The notes under the pieces were generated by a model. The model did not search any database. It saw only the letters and a program-made list of their open reading frames with translations, and was not told the origin of the DNA. DNA of 64,000 nucleotides from the human T2T-CHM13v2.0 reference genome, Homo sapiens, in the NCBI RefSeq assembly GCF_009914755.1, contig NC_060948.1. The stretch is one strand, 5' to 3'. The stretch's first letter is position 1, and every line of letters begins with the position of its first letter. The position numbers and the translations under genes are program-made. Shown here piece after piece: positions 23,109-37,398 of this stretch.

Positions 23109-25778
23109 TGTGTGTATGTTTATCCACTTTATTCAGGTGTCATAATGAATTGATCAATCCACGTGCTTTATTCTCTTCATGGAAATAACCAGTCTGCGTT
23201 GGAGCTGGGCCTCTAAAGTTGTAGAGTGAATGGGTGTGGGATGTGTTGGGATTCTTCCTACAGGACAGAGTGGGAGAGGTAAAAGCAAAAGACAGCTTAG
23301 TTGGAGGCTGACTTCGTCCTATGGAAGCAGAGATAGTTCAAGGAAAGGGGTTACTGGGTTTCCAGGGCCCAGTTTGCTGGGACCTCCAAAATCCTTCATT
23401 TTGGGTATCATCATACACAGTAGCTAAGCACAGGATGATGGAAATCTTAAAGTTCGCTTTCGTGTTGAATCCACATGTTCTTTTAAAGGTGAATGCATGA
23501 TCCTTTTCTGGGACAATCAGCCTCTCAGGACTTCTGAAACATCAACGTGAGAAGAAATGGGCATGTAAGGTGTATGGAGGGACTGTGGGAAAGGTGACAG
23601 AGGCATGTGGGAAGGCATTCAGGATACGCTTTTGGCAGAGATGACTAAGGGAAAACAGAAACTTACAGAAGTGAGGGGAAAGGGGGTGGATTAGTGGAAT
23701 ATAAGATTGTTGGAGAATCCATCCATGGACTCTCTTGTCACTTGATGACCCAGGATATGGACACTCTTGTTGATGTTTACATCTTTAGTTGTTTTAAGCT
23801 TTTCTCCAAGATTCTGTGTTAGGTGAGGAGCCAATAACGTATGTAGCTAACAACAGTACGAGTGCATTTTGTGCTCTTGCAAAGTCTAGTGAGGCTCTAT
23901 TCTCCCTCGTGATTGGCACTGCAGATTGTATCTGGAGCCCAGGGCCCCTAAATTTTCTGTGGCCTCTTCAGCATAGTTTGCCTAAGGTTTAGAACGTAAA
24001 GCGAATATAGTTGCGGAATATGTTTTGCAAGCCTCACACAGGAGGACAAAACATACAGCTTTCATTCGCGAGTGGGAGGCTGCTTCCCAGGAACACGTGT
24101 GTCTGCACAAGACAAGGGGTTGCCTCTGTCAAGGATGGGGCAGGAGGATTTCAGTGTCGGAGGCAGAACTTTCTTTCCTGTTCCCAGATGAAACAGTTCC
24201 AACACGAGCATCCATGTTGACCACACGCTACTAGAGTGCTAACATTGCTGTCCCGTATAGACTCTGGTCAGCACAGCTTCTGTGAGAAGAGCTATGTTGT
24301 TTCAGGGAAGAGGGTTTGACAGTCAAAGTTCCTGAATCTGTTGTGGTGCCTGCAATATGCATTCTACCCCTCCTGCTCGGTGTCAAAGCAGTTGAGCTTT
24401 GAAAATCTATCGCCCGGTTTTGTCCCTGCTCCTATGCAGACCTCTGAAGCTCTGGAGCGGGAGTCTTGTCCTCCTCTGACTACCGTCCCCCTGACCCACA
24501 AACACAGGAGAAACAGGTGTTCTAAGCAAATTATTCTGAAAACAGTCGGAACCCTTTGGCCCCCTCAAGCTGCCCTCTATCCTACTGTGTGCATGTCAAA
24601 GACACTGTGGTCCAGTACGGTATCCCTATAGAGGCAATGGGGCAACAGATTGGTGTGTGCACTCTGGGCAACTCAGATTAGGAAACGTCTGGGGACTTGC
24701 CTATAACGAGGTCGTCTTAAAACATGTTGCCCCAAATTTAAGGCATAGGAAAATGTTGAGGAAAGGGTCTTGCAATGATTTTTCTAGGAGGTAAATAGAT
24801 AAGAAAATGACCGTAAATAGATGCCAGGGCTAGTTTTGGAGCTAGCCTGTTTTAAAGTGGTGGTAGGGGAGGAGCTTTTTCCAAGGCAGGTAGCAAACCA
24901 GGAACTGTCTACGATGGATGGGCGTGCCATGGGTTGGTGGCTCAGCCATATTGCCACCCCACCGAGTGAATGCAGCAGACTGGGCTTCTTCCTTGAATCC
25001 TACGTGCAATTCAGTCTAGTGATTTCACATGAGATCCCTTCTTCTGGTATTATCACAGATCGTGCTGAATTATACAGGCTGTGTAATGCTTCTTCCACTG
25101 AATATCCGTGCACGTGGGCCACAGATGCTAAGGGCACTGACAAATTTGCACCGTGCCTCAGTAACTCGGAAGCACATCTGTGATTTGTACCGACAGGGAC
25201 TTGGTGTCTTTTCGTGTTTAAAGTAGCACGTGTGTGTTTGTGGTTGCGTATGTTTATTTCTCTGTGCGGGTTTGTATATTTTCTCTGACTCCACCTGTGT
25301 CTCCGTGGTTCCGATATTTTTCCACACTCCCTGCGGCAATTTGCACATGCCTATCTCTACAACCATTGTAGACTTTGTATCTGTGTCTTTGAACATCTGT
25401 CACTCTCTCTCCCTTCCTTTTTTCTTTTCCTTCCTTTACACCCCTCCTTTCATCCTTCCCTTGCTTCCCCACCACACTCTCTCCATCTGTATCGTCTATG
25501 TTTCTATTCTCTATCTGGGTTTACTTTCTAATTCTGAATTCAAGGGCATTGAATTGAAAAGAAGCACTCTTCGTACTTTTATGTGTTTTAACTCATTTGG
25601 GGAATTTGGCGTGGTATTATTTACAGGGTTCTCTCTGCCCTTTCTCATTGTTCTCCCCAGCCGGGGCTGTTATTATGTGAAAGCTGGTTTCCTTCATCAC
25701 ATCGCGTAGGCTCTAATGATGTTTCGTTTATTTTGATTCTCCTCACACTACATAGTTTTAATTTACCTAATGTGACTG

Positions 25779-26084
25779 TTTTTTTGTTTGTTTTCCGAGA
25801 ATGGGTCTTACTCTGTCTTCTAGGTTGGACAGCAGCCCCACGATCTCAGCCCACTGCAGCCCAGGCACCACACACCCATGTGATCCTGTCAACTCAGACT
25901 CTCACACACCTGGCAGTACAGGTGCATGCCACCCCTCCAAGCTATGTATTAATTAACTAAATACTTACTTTTTGAATGTGGGTCCATGTTGCCCCAGGCT
26001 CATCTGGAACTCCTGAGTGCAGGCAATCCTCCCACCTCAGCTTATCAAAGTGCTGGGATGACAGGTGTGACCCATGGCCCTGCC
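25779..26084 (-). mobile_element. Old diverged Alu, unit 2
   Basis: Copy of 5464-5769. Confidence 0.8.
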
Positions 26085-26224
26085 ATGGCTTTGTGTTTTT
26101 TGCTTTTTTCTTCCTCCTCCTCACGTCTTGTTTTGAAACATGCACTGAAGGTTTCAATTCATGGACTATAGCCTCTGTGCCTGGAATTTCTATCTTTCAA
26201 CTCATCATCAGCATTCATTGGGAT

Positions 26225-26270
<46 letters not shown>

Positions 26271-26488
26271 ATATAAGAATACCTATGTACACACATATAT
26301 ACGTATATACATGTATATACGTATATATGCACATTTATATACGTATATACATGTATATACGTATATATATACATGTACACATATGTATTTATTTCTCAAG
26401 TTACGAAACGGCTTGCATTCTTTCCTGTGTCATGAAAAAGACTTTGCTAGAAAAGAAAAGCACTGCTTTATAATAAAATATTTTATTT

Positions 26489-28283
26489 GCATTTATTTTG
26501 TTAAGGCATTTTAAAAATTGTATGTTTGTTTAAAAAATGTCATATGAAATGATACATATTTACAACTTAAGGCGTGATGTTCAACAGGTCATATACATTA
26601 TGCATTGGATACATCCAGCCAATCAACATATGTGTGACCTCACATAGTTGTCATTTTTGTTGTGAAAAAACTTGACCTGCACTGTATTCGAATATTTTTA
26701 GAGAAAGAATATGTTACCACTAGTTATAGTGAGCATGCTGAAGAAAATATTTTTAACCTATTCCTCCTTTATAACTAGAAGTATGAGTTCTTCATCCAGC
26801 ATCTCGTCAGTGCACCCTCTTCACCGCAGTCATTGGAGTCACTACTTCTGTGAAGTCCGCTTTTTTGATTTCATATAAGAATGAGATCATGTGCTACTTT
26901 CCTTTCTGATACCTGGCTTATGTCACTTAACAGAATGGCATGCACACATTCAGCAGATTCCCACACATTCTCACAACTGGCAGGATTTCCTGATTTCTTA
27001 TTGCAGCGCATATTTACGTTGCGCATATGCGTTTTTGCCCCATTTTTTAATCCACTTATCAATGGAGGGACTCTCAGGTTGCTTCCGCATTTTGGCTACA
27101 GCAAAAATGTAATGAGTGCAGCAATAATTGCATGGGTGCGCGCACCGCTTCAACATACTGATCTGTGTACTGGCGGGCGTGCCCGGGTATTCTGATTTGC
27201 TGGATCATATAGTGGGTGGTTCTACTTGTAGATTTCTGAAGGCTGTTTATACTTAAATAAGAGCCATAAAGCTTCTTTAATGCCAGCACTAATTTACATT
27301 CTCCCCAAAAGTGAGCAGGGAATTCGTTTTCTCTGCCTCCTCACCAGAGATTAGGGTTTTCTTTTCTTTCTTTTTTTTTTTTTGTTTGTTTGTCTTTCGG
27401 ATAATATGCATTCTGACTGAAGTGAGAAGAAATCTCATTGTGTTTTTGATTTGCATTTTCGTGATGGATTGGGGATAATGAGGAATTTTTAGTGTGTCTT
27501 CTGGGCAACTGTATGTCTCAGTTTCACAAATGAGTCTTCGCAGCCTTCGCCCATTTGTTTTCATGCTATTGAGTTGTTGGGAGTTCCTTATGTACTGTGA
27601 CTATTCCCCCATGAACAGATGTATGGTGATCCAATCATTGCTCCCATCCTGTAGGATGCCCCTTCTGTATGTTGAGTTTTCTATGGTGTGGTGAAGCACT
27701 TTAGTTTGATATGATTCCATTCTCTATTTTTGATGGTGTTTACTGTGTTCTTGCAGTCACTTTGAGACCATCATTGCACACACGGACGCCATGGGGCTTC
27801 TTCCTTGTGATCTCTTCTGCTATTTTTATCGTTTCACATCTGACACTGGAGTTTGGTGATAAATAATCCACTTGTAAAATCCTTTGTGTGGCTATTCAGA
27901 TTTCCCCAACCTAGTTTATAGAAGATACTTGATTTTGCATTGGGCGTTCTTGCTTCTTTGGGAAAAGGCTGTGAGCTGCAAATGCAGTGACTTAGTTCTG
28001 GGCTCCTGTTGTTTTTCCTAAGCTCTAGTCTCTGCTTTTCTGCCAGTGCTATTGTATTTTGGTACAAAAAGTTTTGTAGTAGTATATCATGAAGTTAGGT
28101 AGTGGGGTGGCTCCAGCTTTGTGCTTTTTACTGGATTGCTCTGGGTTTTCAGGATCTTCTGCCATTTCATAGCAAATTTGGGATTCCCAGATTGTTTTTC
28201 TAAGAAGAATGTGTCATTGATATTTTTACAGGGGTTGTATAGAATCTGAGGATGACTCAGGTAGTAGTGATGTCAATGCCGTT
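26489..28283 (-). mobile_element. Old L1 3' fragment, unit 2
   Basis: Copy of the unit-1 element. Confidence 0.8.
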
Positions 28284-28970
28284 TAGACAATGTGCGTGTT
28301 TGTGTGCACAAGCTCAGGGCCAAGAGACACTGGGTGTCCTCACCAATACTGAGGTGGGCCTTAATATCCAGCCAGATTGCCTTCTGGAAACACACGGAAT
28401 GTCCTGTTCTGTTTTGCCATCTCTTCACATTTCCTCCCCTGTGAGCCCTGTGTGGTCCTCCAGATTCCCTGTGCGGTGGCCTGCCTTTTTTGGGGTGGGG
28501 AGTTGCTGGGTGAATGAGGATGGCGGAGGGAACCAAGTATGTCAGTGGAGCGTGGTGTCATCCAAACGGTACTTAGCAGGCCTGGGAGAGTCATTCTGGG
28601 AGGACGCAGACCTAGAGAGGCCTCAGGTGGGCATCTGTGTGGAGGGTGAGAGATCCCTGGTTGAGCCCAAACTGAACCCCAGGTAGAAGCAAGCCTCAGG
28701 ACAGGGAAGTAGCTAGCAAGGGATGATGAGGGAGCTATCTCTTGACCCTGGCTTCCCACCCATTGACCTTAGCTACTTGTGCCTATTAAGCAGATTACGG
28801 TTCCCCCATCGTGAAATGTGGGTACCACAGTTCCCTGATGGGCATTTCTCCACCAGCCCATGATGGCCTGAGTTTCCTTACTGCAGTCTCCTCCCTGAGC
28901 CTTGGCTTCTCTATGTGTGTCCTAACTCCAGGACCCACAGGCCTGTCAACCCCCAGCCCTGGGCTGCTTC

Positions 28971-29708
28971 CCTGGCCTCTTCTCTGTTCCCTCTCTGAGG
29001 GCCTAACTCCCTTGGGTAGTGCTGCAGAATATAGAGCCACAGGCCCTGGCTGATGATCTGGTGGACTGGGCAAATTGGTCGTGACAGGTCAGGTTCTGGT
29101 TCAAAGCCAATTCCTCCGATGCCAAGGAATGTCGAAGAAGGTCCTTTGCCATGATGCCCCATAGCTGCCCCACCTCAGCAATCGTGCCGTAACCTGGGCC
29201 CTCACAGTCAGACAACCAGCTGAAGAAGCTCAGGCAGTGACCTGCGGGAAACTCGGGCTTTCACCTGCATGACCCTAGAACCACTGGACTGCAGTGGAGC
29301 CAGTCGCCCTGTATCCTGGAGGGAGACGAGTCAGGAAGGCGCACGCCAGGCCCAGCTCCCGAGGTACTACCCCCTCTACTCCTCAGGGAGGATGCCAACG
29401 CAATACTCCTTAGTCGTCACTTTGTTTCCGAAGTAAATGTTGTGATGAAAGGCAAACTTCTTCCTACCCCTTGTATTCAGGGTGGCCGAGTTCCTCCACC
29501 TGCCTGTCCAAGAAGGAGAAACAGGGCTGTGAAGGGGCAATTTCATCTAGGTGGGCTGAGGTGGCATTCTAGCCGGGGTGAAGCATGCGTTTCCCCTTCC
29601 CAGCTTTCCCGCTGAGACACACCTGAGCCCCAGAAGGACCTCAACCTGACCAGGACCTTAGCACCCTCCCCCAGACCCAGGCTTTCCATCCTGACCTGCA
29701 AATCCAAC
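28971..29708 (-). pseudogene. Second inverted TSPY-like relic (exons 2-5), unit 2
   Basis: Near-identical copy of 8663-9400 at +20,308. Confidence 0.8.
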
Positions 29709-31789
29709 ATGCAGCTTTGAAGGACTTTCTCATGGTTTCTGAGCTCCTTGCTCTCACCAGAAAGAATCAGAACTTTTAAAGTGTTCTTTATGCCAACTTA
29801 AATTTTTCATTTTTACTACCTCATGTTTTGGATGAGGCATGTATTTTTAAATTTATTTTCACCCTTATTGTACCTCTATGATAAACTGCTTGCTTACATT
29901 CATACCGTAATTATCTCTCAGGTTACTTGTCTGTTCCTAAAGATTCACTGAAACGAAGAATTCTATATATGCTTGTATCTTTCAGCAACCGTATGTCAGA
30001 TAGCACTGCACATTACTGCAGACATCGCATATACAGGTCCAAAGGTAGAGGAAGAAGAAGAAAGCAAGCGTTAAGCTCTATACATTCCTAAAAGCATATC
30101 AGAAACTCACAAATAACAGTGAAATCAAAGAATGATCACAGCCAATTCCATTACATACCTAGACTGAAATACGAAACTTCAAAGAAAAGAAACATTAGAA
30201 CTTTGGGTTTGTAAAAATTTTCCTATATAGATAAAATTATTGGTAACTGTGTCTCACTAGAAAACGTAAACAAAAGTCCATGTTTTTCATATTTGTAAAT
30301 ATACATAGTTTTATTTCCATCAGTTATGACATGCAAGCAAGTAATAAAGTAAAAGTACAATCAAATGATATATGGAACTTCCTCAGTCTTAAAATATTCC
30401 ATGGAGACTATCAATTTTATGAAAACTATAAAGAATGCTTCATGAAACTACATTGTACAGTGCCATTTACTATTTTACTGACATTTTAAATAATCAACAA
30501 TTAAAGGGAATACATCAACATTATTTAATACCAATAACGTTATTTTTCTTGAGTAATCCTGTTGAAATTAAGGATTTTAAATAAAACATTAAAAACAAAT
30601 TATATTGACTGATTTCAGCTTTGGATGAAATCATACTTGTGTATTTGTAGTAATGCGAAGCATAACTTTCTCCTCACAATTAATCTTTTATAACATCGGT
30701 GTTATAGTTTTCTCTGACACCAACATTGTGATATCGCACAGGTTTACTGCATGCATGCATTACATGCCTCCAGAGAGTAGGCTTCAAATATATGGAAAAA
30801 TTATATTTATGAAAAAATTCTAGGAAAGGGAATGGTGAAATGGAAGAGAATTTCTCACTTGCTAACTGTTGGACATGGATTTGTATATATTTGGATATAG
30901 ACACATACTGGCACACTGTGAGTTTGCCCATGTATATATACACTTATATGAGAAACCCATAATATATGGGTTGTGTAATCTTTTAATTAATCCATAATTG
31001 TATGTGTGTGAAATTAGATAAGCGGTTACCTTTTCTTTAATCAATTTGATGGAAAGCCAAAAAAATCTGTCCACCTTCATTTCAATTAATCCAATACTGT
31101 TAACTGCTGGTAGCTTCATTCTCCTTGTTCTCTTACGGCAACCGGAAAGTTAATTCTCGCTCTAATTTGGCTTTCAAGGTGCGATCAACAAGAGTGTCAC
31201 CTTGCTGTGGATTGTGACCTCTGACTCCACCTCTGTCTTCCTTTTGCAGTCCTACCTTTGCATAGGTAACAAACTTTGTACATGGTTAAAAGGATAAAAG
31301 TTCAGTGAAATGTCAAGCCATGCTGTGAAATGTTCCATAGTTTCTATATCTCTAATTGTCCTTTGATGTTATAGAGGCAAGAAAAATAATTCAATGTTTT
31401 TCTTAGTATCTAGTCCAATGCACTCTTTCTTCATAATACTGCAAACAAGGCACTGACATGGAAACGTGGCTGGACGTCTCAAAATCTCTTCTCATTAATT
31501 ACCATTATGTTAATCACTGTTGCCCACAACTGGAATTGGACTTTGAAATCCCCTGGTGGAAATTGCTATAATGGCTCAAACTACTGGAAAGACTATCTTT
31601 TTTTACCTGAAAATATCTGATGAGCATAGACGTATGCTATATACAGGAAGATATTGTACATTAACAACATACCATCACTGCCACTCAATAATAGGTATCC
31701 CAAACCTTTGAGCCAAACTGAGCTCAGGTGCTCCCACAAACCAAGCTTTTCCCTCCACAGATTTCTTATGTCAAAAAGCCACAACTCCA

Positions 31790-32445
31790 GGCCAGGCTTC
31801 GTGGCTCTTGTTGTAATTTCTACATTTTGGGAGGCCGAGGTTGGTGGGTCACTTGAGGTCAGGAGTTGGAGACCAGCATGGGCAACATGGCAAAAAGCTG
31901 TCTCTACCAAAAATACAAAAATTAGCCAGACCTAGTGGCACTTTCCTGTGGTCCCAGCTACTTGGGAGGCTGAGGTAGGAGAACCACCTGAACATGGGTG
32001 GCAGAGATTGTATAGTAAGCCAAGATCAGACTACTGCACTCCAGCCTGGATGACACAGCGAGACCAGGACTGAAAAAAGAAAAAAAAAAATAAAGGCAAC
32101 TCCACTCGTCCACTGGCTTAGGTAAAAAATACTGGAGTTGGCTGGGCTCGGTGGCTCACACCTGTATTCCCAGCACTTTGGATTTTGGGAAGCTGAGTCG
32201 GGCGGGTCACCTGAGATCTGTAGTAGGAGAGCAGCCTGGCCAACATGGTGAAGCCTGGCTTCTACTAAAAATACAAAACATTAGCTGAGCGTGGTGATGC
32301 ATGCTTGTAATCCCAGCTACTGCAGAGGCTGAACCTGGGAGGCGGAGGATGTGTTGAGCTGAGATCCTGCCACTGCGCTCCAGCCTGGTCTACAGAGCGA
32401 GAGTACCCTGTGAGAAACAAAGGTGAAGAGAACAAGAAAAAAAAA
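31790..32445 (+). mobile_element. Two tandem Alus, unit 2
   Basis: Copy of unit 1; the first tail is 12 bp longer. Confidence 0.88.
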
Positions 32446-32551
32446 TGAGAAAAATAAGACCCACTGCAAAAGGTTGCCACAGAAAAGATTAAACATTTCA
32501 GCGACTTCTATCTTCTATCATGGAAGCCAAGGTTATTTGGACCAAACCTCC

Positions 32552-32904
32552 TGTCTTAGTTCATTTTCACGCTGCTGAAGAAGACATACCTGAAACTGGG
32601 AATAAAAGGAGGTTTAATTGGACTGACAGTTCCACATGGCTGTGGAGGCCTCAGAATCATGGTATACGAATAAAGGCACTTCTTACATGGCAATGCCAAG
32701 AGAGAATGAGGAAGAACCTGAGGCAGAAACCCCTGAAAAACCCATCAGATCCCGTGAGACTTCTTCACTGTCACAAGAATAGCATGAGAAAGACCGACCC
32801 CCATGATTCAATTACCTCCCCCTGGGTCCCACCCGCAACACGAGGGAATTCTGGGAGATACAATTGAAGCTGAGATTTGAATGGAGACACACCAAACCAT
32901 GTCA
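32552..32904 (-). mobile_element. THE1-type solo LTR, unit 2
   Basis: Copy of 12232-12584. Confidence 0.88.
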
Positions 32905-35900
32905 CTTCCCAAACAATTAAAAATTCCCAATAGAAGAAGCATTAATTATATCAAAAAGTGGTGGACCAAGAAGGAACTATTAGCCTCATATCTCAAGAAA
33001 GACTCCAGTCAAGGCCTAGGGACTACTCATGAAAAGAGTTTAATAGCCGACTCTCTCCCAGTGGATCTGGATTCCACCGGACTGTATCTTCACAGTAAGG
33101 GTGAAACAGAAGCAAACCCATTCCTATTTCCAAGCTCAAGGAACTTTGGTCAAAGTTCTCTTGGAGCTGAGCAGAACAAGGAGGCAAACAGAAAAGATTT
33201 GTGTCCCTGAGAAGTCATGGCCACAGGCTGGCTATCACACAGATTGTCAAGCCAGTTCCATATTGCATGGGTATTACAGAAAATCTCAAAACATAAATTT
33301 GTGTGTGGGTTGTCCCAGAGTAGCAGGATCTGGCAGAAGGAAATTTCCTTCTAACCCTCAAAGAATCCACATAAATCTTGTTACATCTGGGATTTTACGA
33401 TTTGCTTCAGGAATGAGAATGGCCTTAATTTTCATATCTTTTTCTACACTCAGTTTATGGCTTGTTGGCGTCAAAGTTCTGCTTGCTTCACACAATGAGT
33501 TTAGGATTTTCCCTTTTTTATTCTATAGAATTCTTCATATATATTGAAATGCTCTGCCTGGGGAAAAAAATCTGAGCCTAGCGTTTTATCTCTAGGAAGA
33601 ATCCTTTATTTCCTTGAACATTTATGAGACTATACAGATTATATATGTCTTCTTGTATCAATTTTACTAAGCTATATACATAGCTTATGTTTATATATTA
33701 TATATATAAATGTAAGATACAAATATAAAAATTATGTATAAATATGAAAATATATATAGAAAGCGATATATATGTCTATATATATAGACAGATTATAAAT
33801 ATCTGTCTATTTGATCTAAGTTTTCAAATTTGTAGGTTAAGGTGTTAATGATATTTCCTTATTAGCTTCTTAATCTATGCTGTATCTATGGTTGTGTACC
33901 TTTTAAATTCTTAGTTTTATCTATGTTTTCTCCCTTTTTTTCTAAACTTGACTGACGGTTGCATCATTTATTATATTTCTCCAACAAGCAAAGGTTAGCT
34001 TTGTATGTTTTACTAATTTTGTCTACATCATTATTCCCACACTTTAGTTTTTCAGAATTGATTCTGTTGTTTCTTTTCTAATTCTTTATTGAAATATCTA
34101 GTACATTAATTTTCAAGTTATTAGAGAAATATTTGTCTGTAAACTCCTATTGTAATATCACTTTTCTTGCTACTCACAGATTTAATCTTTAATATTGGCG
34201 GTATCATTGAGTTCTAAGTACATTTCAATTCCTAGTATGATAATCTATGAATTGCTGAGAAATAGTGTTTACAATTTTGTTGTTCTATTTCCACTTAAGT
34301 TTATTTTTACTTCTGCTAACTCAATTGAAAATTCTTTACTAATTTTTAAAATCCTTGAACCCAAGAGATGGAGGTTGCAGTGAGCTGAGATCAGGCCACT
34401 GCATTCCAGACTGAGTGACAGAGTGGAACGAGATTTCAAAACCAAACAAAACAAAACAAAACAAAACAAAACAGTCACTGGAAAGATAATAAAATACATA
34501 AATGTGGGATGTAATATGTAATCGTGATAAAATAAACTGGATTTTTTGTATAAGTTATACATATAAATGTAATGCCAAGACACTGATAAGACAACTCATG
34601 GTCTTATCTCAATACTTAGTGTCTTCATGTAACATATGTCCTTTAGGATAGTTATAGTCCGTTTTCTTTCCAGGAGAGACAGATGAGAATGCAGAAATGT
34701 TAAAGTGCAAGGGACGGAAGCTTCCAGCTGTGCCCACCTGTAACCTGACGTAGACAGTTCCACCGTTTGCTTCATTAAACATGCCAAAGGCTCTAATGCA
34801 AATGTGGTACAGAGTCACATGTTTTTGTATCTACATGATAGAAACTATAACTTCATCCCTATATAGAAGGGTATATAGCATATGCCTCAGTGATAAATAT
34901 AAGTGAATCATTGATCAGTAGGAAACCATTTTAAAAGTCTTTCATAACAGAACAAAATCCCTGAAAACATTTTCTTCTCAATCTCTGAGTTTTCTTACAC
35001 GGCTTATGAATCTCTAGCCATACTAAAGAGATAGTATGCTGCTCTTCCCACAAATTATTCATTGTATATAATTCCTGTAATCTAATAACAGTACCTTTAC
35101 ACCTCAGGGTTTAAAATGACTCCAACCTTTTTCTGTTTCTGCAATTAAAATAACTTTTTTAAGGTTTAATCTTCAGTAATTTTTTGTAATATTTTTGAAG
35201 GTATTTGACCAGGATGATTTGCTTATATACCTACCTGACGTCTCCCTTTCTTCTGAATACATATTTTATTACCCACCTATTAGATCTAAGTTTAAGAAGT
35301 TGGAATAGGGATTTAAATCTAAATTCTACATTTGAATTTACAGGAGTCAGCGAGTCCAGGAAGTGCCTTTATGCACAGACCAATATCTGGCAATGGCACT
35401 AGGAGACAAATAAGCTTTACCAGTCTCAAAGCCCTGGCTACTACAGTGAATCCACCCTTCTCCTGGATCTTATCTACTTCAGCAAAAGAAGGCCACCCAC
35501 TAAACCAGGCCCTTGTACTTTGGGTGGAAACTCCTAAGTCCTCTAGTCTCCTCAAACAGACAGCCAGGCTGCCAATTTCCACAATAATAATTTCTATAGC
35601 ACTGAGTCTTTGGTAGCCTTGTAACTGTAGCTACTGATGCTACAGTCTGGTCCCTGTATGATAAAACACCAGAGCAACAGAAACAAAAATATTGACTGAA
35701 GCCTTCTAAAATCTCTCTAAATATACCTTCAATAAATATGGTTTTTTTTACAGAACGACTGCTTTCAGCTTCCTGAACTAACGCTTGGCCTTCGCTAGTT
35801 GTCACTGTTGAAATTGATTCAAAAGTGTACATTTAACATGAAAGTCAACACAGAATTTCATGTGTCAGCAACTAAAATTTTCAAAATGTTGCAAAATACA

Positions 35901-36128
35901 AATGTGAAACTGTATTTGTGAAATTTACCATTCATTGAAATTATATTTTCATACCTACCCAGGCACAGAATTTTTTATAACTGTCTGCATGTTCTCCTCA
36001 TGTGGGGGAAAAACAGCATCAGCAGGCAGAGGAATCCTTTGAAGCTGGAGGGAGAGGTTGCAGTGATCTGAGAGTTTGCCACTTGACTGCAGCCTGGATG
36101 ACACAGTGAGACTCCAACTGAAAAGAAA

Positions 36129-36169
<41 letters not shown>

Positions 36170-37398
36170 CCAAAATTGATAAGTAAAAAAAAATCCGTAT
36201 TCGAAAACATGCTCACAGGCTAACTCCCATATCTAACACACACACACACACACACACTCACACACAATTCCTTGAAAACGAAAGTTCCACAAGGGCGAAA
36301 CAAGAAAACAAATTTAACACCCCCCAAAGAAAGTACAAAGAGTAACCTCAAAAGAACCGCAGGGGAAAACAATTCAAAATTTACAACTATCTACCCTAAA
36401 AGAAGCTGAAAGTCCCTCAAAAACTTTCCAGAGGCCATGTCCTTGTATTACAAAAATGATCATAAAAACTGGCAGGAGTAGACGAATAGAAATGCATCTT
36501 AAAACTTGCTAAACCCTTCAAGTCTCCCATAAGAATTGTAATGGAAAATGGATCGGTCGGCAGCTTTTTCCATACAATTATGAACAAATTATATTTCTTC
36601 ATACATAGATTTGTTTTTTCAATATTCTAAGGAATTAACTTTTATATTAATAGTAGGTGATGTAAGAAAGCAGGCCTTTATCAAGATAACTGACACTGGA
36701 TGTCCATACCATTACTCAGGTGGGCCTTAATTCCCAGCCGGGTTCCCTCCCTGGACACACACTGAAGGTCCCCAGCCATTTGGCAATCTCTTCACATTCC
36801 CAGCCCTGGAGGTAGCCCTAAAATACATGTACCTGAAGAAAATAAAACATTGCCTCACACTGGAGCCCAGTGTGGTCCTCCAGATTCCGTGTGAGGTGGA
36901 CTAACTTATATGGGAAGGCAGGGCAGCGGGAGTGAGGATGGCAGAGAGGATTACACATGTCAAGGCAGCCGGGGTCATGGAAACAAAACATGACTGGCCT
37001 GGGAGAAACACTGTGAAAGGACACAGACCTAGGTGGGCCTCAGGTGGACATCCTCGTGGAGAAAAAGGGGGCCCTGGTTGATCTCAAAATGAGCCCCAGG
37101 TGGTAGCAGGTCTTACCGCAGGGCAGGGAGCTGGCGAGTAATGATGAGACAGCTATCCCTTAAGCCCTGCTTGTCACCCACTGACTTTAGCCACATATGC
37201 ATCATAGTGGCTTAAGGTGCCCCGATCCTGAAATGTGGGTGTTACATGTCCCTGATGGGCCTCTCTCCCCCAACCCACGGATTGCCTGGGATTGCTCACT
37301 GCAGTCTCCTCCCGGATCCTTGGGTTCTCCATGTGGGGCCCAGATCCAGGTCAAAAGGCCTCTCAGTTCCCAGCCCTTCCCAGCCCTAGGCTGCTCGC